This document shows, one piece after another, positions 1-13,231 of a stretch of 64,000 nt of DNA (positions are counted from its first letter, which is position 1; the number at the start of each line of letters is the position of its first letter). The notes under the pieces were generated by a model that saw only the letters and a program-made list of their open reading frames with translations, searched no databases and was not told the DNA's origin. The DNA lies in NCBI RefSeq assembly GCF_009914755.1, contig NC_060925.1; one strand, written 5' to 3'. Source of the DNA: the human T2T-CHM13v2.0 reference genome, Homo sapiens. Position numbers and translations under genes: made by a program.

Positions 1-794
1 TCGAATGGAATCGAATGGTATCAACACCAAACGGAAAAAAACGGAATTATCGAATGGAATCGAAGAGAATCTTCGAACGGACCTGAATGGAATCATCTAA
101 TGGAATGGAATGGAATAATCCATGGACTCGAATGCAATCATCATCGAATGGAATCGAATGGAATCATCGAATGGACTCGAATGGAATAATCATTGAACGG
201 AATCGAATGGAATCATCATCGGATGGAAACGAATGGAATCATCATCGAATGGAAATGAAAGGAGTCATCATCTAATGGAATTGCATGGAATCATCATAAA
301 ATGGAATCGAAAGGAATCAACATCAAATGGAATCAAATGGAATCATTGAACGGAATTGAATGGAATCGTCATCAAATGAATTGACTGCAATCATCGAATG
401 GTCTCGAATGGAATCATCTTCAAATGGAATGGAATGGAATCATCGCATAGAATCGAATGGAAGTATCATCGAATGGAATCGAATGGAATCAACATCAAAC
501 GGAAAAAAACGGAATTATCGAATGGAATCGAAGAGAATCATCGAATGGACCCGAATGGAATCATCTAATGGAATGGAATGGAATAATCCATGGACTCGAA
601 TGCAATCATCATCGAATGGAATCGAATGGAATCATCGAATGAACTCGAATGGAATCATCATTGAATGGAATCGAATGGAATCATCGAGTGGAATCGAATG
701 CAATTATGATCAAATGGAATCGAATGTAATCATCATCAAATGGAATCAAAAATAACCATCATCAATTGGTATTGAATGGAATTGTCATCAAAAG

Positions 795-800
795 GAATTC
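795..800. other. EcoRI site GAATTC, one per repeat unit (representative copy)
   Basis: GGAATTCAAAGG recurs once per unit, consistent with the known 1.77-kb EcoRI satellite fragment of chromosome 1. Confidence 0.85.
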
Positions 801-814
801 AAAGGAATCATCAT

Positions 815-1750
815 CAAATGGAACCGAATGGAATCCTCATTGAATGGAAATGAAAGGGGTCATCATCTAATGGAATCGCATGGAATCATCATCAAATGGA
901 ATCGAATGGAATCATCATCAAATGGAATCTAATGGAATCATTGAACAGAATTGAATGGAATCGTCATCGAATGAATTGAATGCAATCATCGAATGGTCTC
1001 GAATGGAATCATCTTCTAATGGAAAGGAATGGAATCATCGCATAGAATCGAATGGAATTATCATCGAATGGAATCGAATGGTATCAACACCAAACGGAAA
1101 AAAACGGAATTATCGAATGGAATCGAAGAGAATCTTCGAACGGACCCGAATGGAATCATCTAATGGAATGGAATGGAATAATCCATGGACTCGAATGCAA
1201 TCATCATCGAATGGAATCGAATGGAATCATCGAATGGACTCGAATGGAATAATCATTGAACGGAATCGAATGGAATCATCATCGGATGGAAACGAATGGA
1301 ATCATCATCGAATGGAAATGAAAGGAGTCATCATCTAATGGAATTGCATGGAATCATCATAAAATGGAATCGAATGGAATCAACATCAAATGGAATCAAA
1401 TGGAATCATTGAACGGAATTGAATGGAATCGTCATCGAATGAATTGACTGCAATCATCCAATGGTCTCGAATGGAATCATCTTCAAATGGAATGGAATGG
1501 AATCATCGCATAGAATCGAATGGAATTATCATCGAATGGAATCGAATGGAATCAACATCAAACGGAAAAAAACGGAATTATCGAATGGAATCGAAGAGAA
1601 TCATCGAATGGACCCGAATGGAATCATCTAATGGAATGGAATGGAATAATCCATGGACTCGAATGCAATCATCATCGAATGGAATCGAATGGAATCATCG
1701 AATGGACTCGAATGGAATAATCATTGAACGGAATTGAATGGAATCATCAT
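815..1750 (+). repeat. Internal 468-bp tandem duplication (subunits A and B) within the unit; boundaries approximate
   Basis: Anchors 955/1423, 2708/3176 and others are 468 bp apart. Fixed diagnostic differences A/B: TTGAATGC/TTGACTGC, TTCTAATGGAAAGG/TTCAAATGGAATGG, GGTATCAACACC/GGAATCAACATC, ATCTTCGAACGG/ATCATCGAATGG, GGAAACG/GGAAATG. Confidence 0.93.
930..940 (+). promoter_or_regulatory. DUX4-consensus match TAATGGAATCA, site 1 (representative; present in short and long units)
   Basis: Fits TAAYBBAATCA, and DUX4 binding and activation of HSATII is established. Occupancy at this copy is not shown by sequence. Confidence 0.5.
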
Positions 1751-1862
1751 CGGATGGAAATGAATGGAATCATCATCGAATGGAATCGAATAGAATTATG
1801 GAATGAAATCCAGTGTGATCATCATCGAATGGACCCGAATGGAATCATCATCCAACGGAAGC

Positions 1863-1873
1863 TAATGGAATCA
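1863..1873 (+). promoter_or_regulatory. DUX4-consensus match TAATGGAATCA, site 2 (representative; absent from short units)
   Basis: GAAGCTAATGGAATCAAC lies in the segment removed by the 713-bp deletion. Confidence 0.45.
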
Positions 1874-2707
1874 ACATCGAATGAATCGAATGGAAACACC
1901 ATCGAATTGAAACGAATGGAATTATCATGAAATTGAAATGGATGGACTCATCATCGAATGGATTCGAATGGAATCATCGAATAAAATTGATTGAAATCAT
2001 CATCCAATGGAATCGAATGGTATCATTGAATGGAATCGAATGGAATCATCATCAGATGGAAATGAATGGAATCGTCATAGAATGGAATCGAATGGATTCA
2101 TTGAATGGAATCAGATGGAATCATCGAATGGACTGGAATGGAATCATTGAATGGACTCGAAAGGGATCATGATTGAATGGAATTGAATGGAATCATCGAA
2201 TGGTCTCGATTGGAATCATTATCAAATGGAATCGAATGGAATCACCGAATAGAATCGAATGGAACAATCATCGAATGGACTCAAATGCAATTATCCTCAA
2301 ATGGAATCGAATGGAATTATCGAATGCAATCGAATGGAATTATCGAATGCAATCGAATAGAATCATCGAATGGACTCGAATGGAATCATCGAATGGAATG
2401 GAATGGAACAGTCAATGAACTCGAATGGAATCATCATTGAATGGAATCGAATGGAATTATGATCAAATGCAATCGAATGTAATCCTCATCAAATGGAATC
2501 AAAAATAACCATCATCAATTGGTATTGAATGGAATTGTCATCAAATGGAATTCAAAGGAATCATCATCAAATGGAACCGAATGGAATCCTCATTGAATGG
2601 AAATGAAAGGGGTCATCGTCTAATGGAATCGCATGGAATCATCATCAAATGGAATCGAATGGAATCATCATCAAATGGAATCTAATGGAATCATTGAACA
2701 GAATTGA

Positions 2708-4483
2708 ATGGAATCGTCATCGAATGAATTGAATGCAATCATCGAATGGTCTCGAATGGAATCATCTTCTAATGGAAAGGAATGGAATCATCGCATAGAA
2801 TCGAATGGAATTATCATCGAATGGAATCGAATGGTATCAACACCAAACGGAAAAAAACGGAATTATCGAATGGAATCGAAGAGAATCTTCGAACGGACCC
2901 GAATGGAATCATCTAATGGAATGGAATGGAATAATCCATGGACTCGAATGCAATCATCATCGAATGGAATCGAATGGAATCATCGAATGGACTCGAATGG
3001 AATAATCATTGAACGGAATCGAATGGAATCATCATCGGATGGAAACGAATGGAATCATCATCGAATGGAAATGAAAGGAGTCATCATCTAATGGAATTGC
3101 ATGGAATCATCATAAAATGGAATCCAATGGAATCAACATCAAATGGAATCAAATGGAATCATTGAACGGAATTGAATGGAATCGTCATCGAATGAATTGA
3201 CTGCAATCATCCAATGGTCTCGAATGGAATCATCTTCAAATGGAATGGAATGGAATCATCGCATAGAATCGAATGGAATTATCATCGAATGGAATCGAAT
3301 GGAATCAACATCAAACGGAAAAAAACGGAATTATCGAATGGAATCGAAGAGAATCATCGAATGGACCCGAATGGAATCATCTAATGGAATGGAATGGAAT
3401 AATCCATGGACTCGAATGCAATCATCATCGAATGGAATCGAATGGAATCATCGAATGGACTCGAATGGAATAATCATTGAACGGAATCGAATGGAATCAT
3501 CATCGGATGGAAATGAAAGGAATCATCATCGATTGGAATCGAATAGAATTATGGAATGAAATCCAGTGTGATCATCATCGAATGGACCCGAATGGAATCA
3601 TCATCCAACGGAAGCTAATGGAATCAACATCGAATGAATCGAATGGAAACACCATCGAATTGAAACGAATGGAATTATCATGAAATTGAAATGGATGGAC
3701 TCATCATCGAATGGATTCGAATGGAATCATCGAATAAAATTGATTGAAATCATCATCCAATGGAATCGAATGGTATCATTGAATGGAATCGAATGGAATC
3801 ATCATCAGATGGAAATGAATGGAATCGTCATAGAATGGAATCGAATGGATTCATTGAATGGAATCAGATGGAATCATCGAATGGACTGGAATGGAATCAT
3901 TGAATGGACTCGAAAGGGATCATGATTGAATGGAATTGAATGGAATCATCGAATGGTCTCGATTGGAATCATTATCAAATGGAATCGAATGGAATCACCG
4001 AATAGAATCGAATGGAACAATCATCGAATGGACTCAAATGGAATTATCCTCAAATGGAATCGAATGGAATTATCGAATGCAATCGAATGGAATTATCGAA
4101 TGCAATCGAATAGAATCATCGAATGGACTCGAATGGAATCATCGAATGGAATGGAATGGAACAGTCAATGAACTCGAATGGAATCATCATTGAATGGAAT
4201 CGAATGGAATCATCGAGTGGAATCGAATGGAATTATGATCAAATGGAATCGAATGTAATCATCATCAAATGGAATCAAAAATAACCATCATCAATTGGTA
4301 TTGAATGGAATTGTCATCAAATGGAATTCAAAGGAATCATCATCAAATGGAACCGAATGGAATCCTCATTGAATGGAAATGAAAGGGGTCATCATCTAAT
4401 GGAATCGCATGGAATCATCATCAAATGGAATCGAATGGAATCATCATCAAATGGAATCTAATGGAATCATTGAACAGAATTGA
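2708..4483 (+). repeat. Representative full-length 1776-bp repeat unit
   Basis: Identical anchor ATGGAATCGTCATCGAATGAATTGAATGC at 2708 and 4484. The same spacing occurs at 6855, 10397, 13232, 16774, 19586, 42250, 45089, 46865, 48641, 52170, 53946, 57497, 59273 and 61049. Confidence 0.95.
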
Positions 4484-5546
4484 ATGGAATCGTCATCGAA
4501 TGAATTGAATGCAATCATCGAATGGTCTCGAATGGAATCATCTTCTAATGGAAAGGAATGGAATCATCGCATAGAATCGAATGGAATTATCATCGAATGG
4601 AATCGAATGGTATCAACACCAAACGGAAAAAAACGGAATTATCGAATGGAATCGAAGAGAATCTTCGAACGGACCTGAATGGAATCATCTAATGGAATGG
4701 AATGGAATAATCCATGGACTCGAATGCAATCATCATCGAATGGAATCGAATGGAATCATCGAATGGACTCGAATGGAATAATCATTGAACGGAATCGAAT
4801 GGAATCATCATCGGATGGAAACGAATGGAATCATCATCGAATGGAAATGAAAGGAGTCATCATCTAATGGAATTGCATGGAATCATCATAAAATGGAATC
4901 GAAAGGAATCAACATCAAATGGAATCAAATGGAATCATTGAACGGAATTGAATGGAATCGTCATCGAATGAATTGACTGCAATCATCGAATGGTCTCGAA
5001 TGGAATCATCTTCAAATGGAATGGAATGGAATCATCGCATAGAATCGAATGGAAGTATCATCGAATGGAATCGAATGGAATCAACATCAAACGGAAAAAA
5101 ACGGAATTATCGAATGGAATCGAAGAGAATCATCGAATGGACCCGAATGGAATCATCTAATGGAATGGAATGGAATAATCCATGGACTCGAATGCAATCA
5201 TCATCGAATGGAATCGAATGGAATCATCGAATGAACTCGAATGGAATCATCATTGAATGGAATCGAATGGAATCATCGAGTGGAATCGAATGGAATTATG
5301 ATCAAATGGAATCGAATGTAATCATCATCAAATGGAATCAAAAATAACCATCATCAATTGGTATTGAATGGAATTGTCATCAAAAGGAATTCAAAGGAAT
5401 CATCATCAAATGGAACCGAATGGAATCCTCATTGAATGGAAATGAAAGGGGTCATCATCTAATGGAATCGCAAGGAATCATCATCAAATGGAATCGAATG
5501 GAATCATCATCAAATGGAATCTAATGGAATCATTGAACAGAATTGA
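4484..5546 (+). repeat. Short unit, 1063 bp (713-bp deletion)
   Basis: Anchor spacing 1063; junction at ~5230-5233. Confidence 0.92.
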
Positions 5547-6854
5547 ATGGAATCGTCATCGAATGAATTGAATGCAATCATCGAATGGTCTCGAATGGAA
5601 TCATCTTCTAATGGAAAGGAATGGAATCATTGCATAGAATCGAATGGAATTATCATCGAATGGAATCGAATGGTATCAACACCAAACGGAAAAAAACGGA
5701 ATTATCGAATGGAATCGAAGAGAATCTTCGAACGGACCCGAATGGAATCATCTAATGGAATGGAATGGAATAATCCATGGACTCGAATGCAATCATCATC
5801 GAATGGAATCGAATGGAATCATCGAATGGACTCGAATGGAATAATCATTGAACGGAATCGATTGGAATCATCATCGGATGGAAATGAAAGGAATCATCAT
5901 CGAATGGAATCGAATAGAATTATGGAATGAAATCCAGTGTGATCATCATCGAATGGACCCGAATGGAATCATCATCCAACGGAAGCTAATGGAATCAACA
6001 TCGAATGAATCGAATGGAAACACCATCGAATTGAAACGAATGGAATTATCATGAAATTGAAATGGATGGACTCATCATCGAATGGATTCGAATGGAATCA
6101 TCGAATACAATTGATTGAAATCATCATCCAATGGAATCGAATGGTATCATTGAATGGAATCGAATGGAATCATCATCAGATGGAAATGAATGGAATCGTC
6201 ATAGAATGGAATCGAATGGATTCATTGAATGGAATCAGATGGAATCATCGAATGGACTGGAATGGAATCATTGAATGGACTCGAAAGGGATCATAATTGA
6301 ATGGAATTGAATGGAATCATCGAATGGTCTCGATTGGAATCATTATCAAATGGAATCGAATGGAATCACCGAATAGAATCGAATGGAACAATCATCGAAT
6401 GGACTCAAATGGAATTATCCTCCAATGGAATCGAATGGAATTATCGAATGCAATCGAATGGAATTATCGAATGCAATCGAATAGAATCATCGAATGGACT
6501 CGAATGGAATCATCGAATGGAATGGAATGGAACAGTCAATGAACTCGAATGGAATCATCATTGAATGGAATCGAATGGAATCATCGAGTGGAATCGAATG
6601 GAATTATGATCAAATGGAATCGAATGTAATCATCATCAAATGGAATCAAAAATAACCATCATCAATTGGTATTGAATGGAATTGTCATCAAATGGAATTC
6701 AAAGGAATCATCATCAAATGGAACCGAATGGAATCCTCATTGAATGGAAATGAAAGGGGTCATCATCTAATGGAATCGCATGGAATCATCATCAAATGGA
6801 ATCGAATGGAATCATCATCAAATGGAATCTAATGGAATCATTGAACAGAATTGA
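5547..6854 (+). repeat. 1308-bp unit with a single hybrid A/B subunit (468-bp deletion)
   Basis: Anchor spacing 1308 = 1776-468. A-type markers to ~5735 run directly into the B tail GGAAATG...GAATAGAATTATGG. Confidence 0.92.
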
Positions 6855-9800
6855 ATGGAATCGTCATCGAATGAATTGAATGCAATCATCGAATGGTCTC
6901 GAATGGAATCATCTTCTAATGGAAAGGAATGGAATCATCGCATAGAATCGAATGGAATTATCATCGAATGGAATCGAATGGTATCAACACCAAACGGAAA
7001 AAAACGGAATTATCGAATGGAATCGAAGAGAATCTTCGAACGGACCCGAATGGAATCATCTAATGGAATGGAATGGAATAATCCATGGACTCGAATGCAA
7101 TCATCATCGAATGGAATCGAATGGAATCATCGAATGGACTCGAATGGAATAATCATTGAACGGAATCGAATGGAATCATCATCGGATGGAAACGAATGGA
7201 ATCATCATCGAATGGAAATGAAAGGAGGCATCATCTAATGGAATTGCATGGAATCATCATAAAATGGAATCGAATGGAATCAACATCAAATGGAATCAAA
7301 TGGAATCATTGAACGGAATTGAATGGAATCGTCATCGAATGAATTGACTGCAATCATCGAATGGTCTCGAATGGAATCATCTTCAAATGGAATGGAATGG
7401 AATCATCGCATAGAATCGAATGGAATTATCATCGAATGGAATCGAATGGAATCAACATCAAACGGAAAAAAACGGAATTATCGAATGGAATCGAAGAGAA
7501 TCATCGAATGGACCCGAATGGAATCATCTAATGGAATGGAATGGAATAATCCATGGACTCGAATGCAATCATCATCGAATGGAATCGAATGGAATCATCG
7601 AATGGACTCGAATGGAATAATCATTGAACGGAATCGAATGGAATCATCATCGGATGGAAATGAATGGAATCATCATCGAATGGAATCGAATAGAATTATG
7701 GAATGAAATCCAGTGTGATCATCATCGAATGGACCCGAATGGAATCATCATCCAACGGAAGCTAATGGAATCAACATCGAATGAATCGAATGGAAACACC
7801 ATCGAATTGAAACGAATGGAATTATCATGAAATTGAAATGGATGGACTCATCATCGAATGGATTCGAATGGAATCATCGAATGAAATTGATTGAAATCAT
7901 CATCGAATGGAATCGAATGGTATCATTGAATGGAATCGAATGGAATCATCATCAGATGGAAATGAATGGAATCGTCATAGAATGGAATCGAATGGATTCA
8001 TTGAATGGAATCAGATGGAATCATCGAATGGACTGGAATGGAATCATTGAATGGACTCGAAAGGGATCATGATTGAATGGAATTGAATGGAATCATCGAA
8101 TGGTCTCGATTGGAATCATTATCAAATGGAATCGAATGGAATCACCGAATAGAATCGAATGGAACAATCATCGAATGGACTCAAATGGAATTATCCTCAA
8201 ATGGAATCGAATGGAATTATCGAATGCAATCGAATGGAATTATCGAATGCAATCGAATATAATCATCGAATGGACTCGAATGGAATCATCGAATGGAATG
8301 TAATGGAACAGTCAATGAACTCGAATGGAATCATCATTGAATGGAATCGAATGGAATCATCGAGTGGAATCGAATGGAATTATGATCAAATGCAATCGAA
8401 TGTAATCCTCATCAAATGGAATCAAAAATAACCATCATCAATTGGTATTGAATGGAATTGTCATCAAATGGAATTCAAAGGAATCATCATCAAATGGAAC
8501 CGAATGGAATCCTCATTGAATGGAAATGAAAGGGGTCATCATCTAATGGAATCGCATGGAATCATCATCAAATGGAATCGAATGGAATCATCATCAAATG
8601 GAATCTAATGGAATCATTGAACAGAATTGAATGGAATCGTCATCGAATGAATTGAATGCAATCATCGAATGGTCTCGAATGGAATCATCTTCTAATGGAA
8701 AGGAATGGAATCATCGCATAGAATCGAATGGAATTATCATCGAATGGAATCGAATGGTATCAACACCAAACGGAAAAAAACGGAATTATCGAATGGAATC
8801 GAAGAGAATCTTCGAACGGACCCGAATGGAATCATCTAATGGAATGGAATGGAATAATCCATGGACTCGAATGCAATCATCATCGAATGGAATCGAATGG
8901 AATCATCGAATGGACTCGAATGGAATAATCATTGAACGGAATCGAATGGAATCATCATCGGATGGAAACGAATGGAATCATCATCGAATGGAAATGAAAG
9001 GAGTCATCATCTAATGGAATTGCATGGAATCATCATAAAATGGAATCCAATGGAATCAACATCAAATGGAATCAAATGGAATCATTGAACGGAATTGAAT
9101 GGAATCGTCATCGAATGAATTGACTGCAATCATCGAATGGTCTCGAATGGAATCAACTTCAAATGGAATGGAATGGAATCATCGAATAGAATCGAATGGA
9201 ATTATCATCGAATGGAATCAACATCAAACGGAAAAAAACGGAATTATCGAATGGAATCGAAGAGAATCATCGAATGGACCCGAACGGAATCATCTAATGG
9301 AATGGAATGGAATAATCCATGGACTCGAATGCAATCATCATCGAATGGAATCGAATGGAATCATCGAATGGACTCGAATGGAATAATCATTGAACGGAAT
9401 CGAATGGAATCATCATCGGATGGAAATGAATGGAATCATCATCGAATGGAATCGAATAGAATTATGGAATGAAATCCAGTGTGATCATCATCGAATGGAC
9501 CCGAATGGAATCATCATCCAACGGAAGCTAATGGAATCAACATCGAATGAATCAAATGGAAACACCATCGAATTGAAACGAATGGAATTATCATGAAATT
9601 GAAATGGATGGACTCATCATCGAATGGATTCGAATGGAATCATCGAATAAAATTGATTGAAATCATCATCGAATGGAATCGAATGGTATCATTGAATGGA
9701 ATCGAATGGAATCATCATCAGATGGAAATGAATGGAATCGTCATAGAATGGAATCGAATGGATTCATTGAATTGAATCAGATGGAATCATCGAATGGACT

Positions 9801-12172
9801 GGAATGGAATCATTGAATGGACTCGAAAGGGATCATGATTGAATGGAATTGAATGGAATCATCGAATGGTCTCGATTGGAATCATTATCAAATGGAATCG
9901 AATGGAATCACCGAATAGAATCGAATGGAACAATCATCGAATGGACTCAAATGGAATTATCCTCAAATGGAATCGAATGGAATTATCGAATGCAATCGAA
10001 TGGAATTATCGAATGCAATCGAATAGAATCATCGAATGGACTCGAATGGAATCATCGAATGGAATGGAATGGAACAGTCAATGAACTCGAATGGAATCAT
10101 CATTGAATGGAATCGAATGGAATCATCGAGTGGAATCGAATGGAATTATGATCAAATGGAATCGAATGTAATCATCATCAAATGGAATCAAAAATAACCA
10201 TCATCAATTGGTATTGAATGGAATTGTCATCAAATGGAATTCAAAGGAATCATCATCAAATGGAACCGAATGGAATCCTCATTGAATGGAAATGAAAGGG
10301 GTCATCATCTAATGGATTCGCATGGAATCATCATCTAATGGAATCGAATGGAATCATCATCAAATGGAATCTAATGGAATCATTGAACAGAATTGAATGG
10401 AATCGTCATCGAATGAATTGAATGCAATCATCGAATGGTCTCGAATGGAATCATCTTCTAATGGAAAGGAATGGAATCATCGCATAGAATCGAATGGAAT
10501 TATCATCGAATGGAATCGAATGGTATCAACACCAAACGTAAAAAAACGGAATTATCGAATGGAATCGAAGAGAATCTTCGAACGGACCCGAATGGAATCA
10601 TCTAATGGAATGGAATGGAATAATCCATGGACTCGAATGCAATCATCATCGAATGGAATCGAATGGAATCATCGAATGGACTCGAATGGAATAATCATTG
10701 AACGGAATCGAATGGAATCATCATCGGATGGAAACGAATGGAATCATCATCGAATGGAAATGAAAGGAGTCATCATCTAATGGAATTGCATGGAATCATC
10801 ATAAAATGGAATCGAATGGAATCAACATCAAATGGAATCAAATGGAATCATTGAACGGAATTGAATGGAATCGTCATCGAATGAATTGACTGCAATCATC
10901 GAATGGTCTCGAATGGAATCATCTTCAAATGGAATGGAATGGAATCATCGCATAGAATCGAATGGAATTATCATCGAATGGAATTGAATGGAATCAACAT
11001 CAAACGGAAAAAAACGGAATTATCGAATGGAATCGAAGAGAATCATCGAATGGACCCGAATGGAATCATCTAATGGAATGGAATGGAATAATCCATGGAC
11101 TCGAATGCAATCATCATCGAATGGAATCGAATGGAATCATCGAATGGACTCGAATGGAATAATCATTGAACGGAAACGAATGGAATCATCATCGGATGGA
11201 AATGAATGGAATCATCATCGAATGGAATCGAATAGAATTATGGAATGAAATCCAGTGTGATCATCATCGAATGGACCCGAATGGAATCATCATCCAACGG
11301 AAGCTAATGGAATCAACATCGAATGAATCGAATGGAAACACCATCGAATTGAAACGAATGGAATTATCATGAAATTGAAATGGATGGACTCATCATCGAA
11401 TGGATTCGAATGGAATCATCGAATAAAATTGATTGAAATCATCATCGAATGGAATCTAATGGTATCATTGAATGGAATCGAATGGAATCATCATCAGATG
11501 GAAATGAATGGAATCGTCATAGAATGGAATCGAATGGATTCATTGAATGGAATCAGATGGAATCATCGAATGGACTGGAATGGAATCATTGAATGGACTC
11601 GAAAGGGATCATTATTGAATGCAATTGAATGGAATCATCGAATGGTCTCGATTGGAATCATTATCAAATGGAATCGAATGGAATCACCGAATAGAATCGA
11701 ATGGAACAATCATCGAATGGACTCAAATGGAATTATCCTCAAATGGAATCGAATGGAATTATCGAATGCAATCGAATGGAATTATCGAATGCAATCGAAT
11801 AGAATCATCGAATGGACTCGAATGGAATCATCGAATGGAATGGAATGGAACAGTCAATGAACACGAATGGAATCATCATTGAATGGAATCGAATGGAATC
11901 ATCGAGTGGAATCGAATGGAATTATGATCAAATGGAATCGAATGTAATCATCATCAAATGGAATCAAAAATAACCATCATCAATTGGTATTGAATGGAAT
12001 TGTCATCAAATGGAATTCAAAGGAATCATCATCAAATGGAACCGAATGGAATCCTCATTGAATGGAAATGAAAGGGGTCATCATCTAATGGAATCGCATG
12101 GAATCATCATCAAATGGAATCGAATGGAATCATCATCAAATGGAATCTAATGGAATCATTGAACAGAATTGA

Positions 12173-13231
12173 ATGGAATGGTCATTGAATGAATTGAATG
12201 CAATCATCGAATGGTCTCGAATGGAATCATCTTCTAATGGAAAGGAATGGAATCATCGCATAGAATCGAATGGAATTATCATCGAATGGAATCGAATGGT
12301 ATCAACACCAAACGGAAAAAAACGGAATTATCGAATGGAATCGAAGAGAATCTTCGAACGGACCCGAATGGAATCATCTAATGGAATAGAATGGAATAAT
12401 CCATGGACTCGAATGCAATCATCATCGAATGGAATCGAATGGAATCATCGAATGGACTCGAATGGAATAATCATTGAACGGAATCGAATGGAATCATCAT
12501 CGGATGGAAACGAATGGAATCATCATCGAATGGAAATGAAAGGAGTCATCATCTAATGGAATTGCATGGAATCATCATAAAATGGAATCGAATGGAATCA
12601 ACATCAAATGGAATCAAATGGAATCATTGAACGGAATTGAATGGAATCGTCATCGAATGAATTGACTGCAATCATCGAATGGTCTCGGAATCATCTTCAA
12701 ATGGAATGGAATGGAATCATCGCATAGAATCGAATGGAATTATCATCGAATGGAATCGAATGGAATCAACATCAAACGGAAAAAAACGGAATTATCGAAT
12801 GGAATCGAAGAGAATCATCGAATGGACCCGAATGGAATCATCTAATGGAATGGAATGGAATAATCCATGGACTCGAATGCAATCATCATCGAATGGAATC
12901 GAATGGAATCATCGAATGAACTCGAATGGAATCATCATTGAATGGAATCGAATGGAATCATCGAGTGGAATCGAATGGAATTATGATCAAATGGAATCGA
13001 ATGTAATCATCATCAAATGGAATCAAAAATAACCATCATCAATTGGTATTGAATGGAATTGTCATCAAATGGAATTCAAAGGAATCATCATCAAATGGAA
13101 CCGAATGGAATCCTCATTGAATGGAAATGAAAGGGGTCATCATCTAATGGAATCGCATGGAATCATCATCAAATGGAATCGAATGGAATCATCATCAAAT
13201 GGAATCTAATGGAATCATTGAACAGAATTGA
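12173..13231 (+). repeat. Short unit, 1059 bp (713-bp + 4-bp deletions)
   Basis: GGTCTCGGAATC at ~12681; junction at ~12915-12918. Confidence 0.92.

Larger units (their letters stand above)
1..954 (+). repeat. Short (713-bp deletion) unit, truncated by window start
   Basis: Junction ATCATCG-AATG-AACTCG at ~638-641; the CCAGTGTG...GGAACAGTC segment is absent. Confidence 0.9.

Noticed and set aside
1163-1180. GGAATG (TEAD/MCAT) matches in the short GGAATGGAATGG runs
   Set aside because: These matches are an unavoidable consequence of the base pentamer and are sparse here compared with HSat3; nothing in the sequence supports specific function.
1980-1985. AATAAA once per full unit as a polyadenylation signal
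   Set aside because: It is a simple variant of GAATGAAAT, is mutated in some units (~6105, ~7880), arises sporadically elsewhere, and has no GU/U-rich downstream element.
11369-11860. Longest 163-aa ORFs (also at 17746, 54918, 62021)
   Set aside because: They are created by a single TGA>TTA variant fusing two spurious frames. Useful as a lineage marker only.
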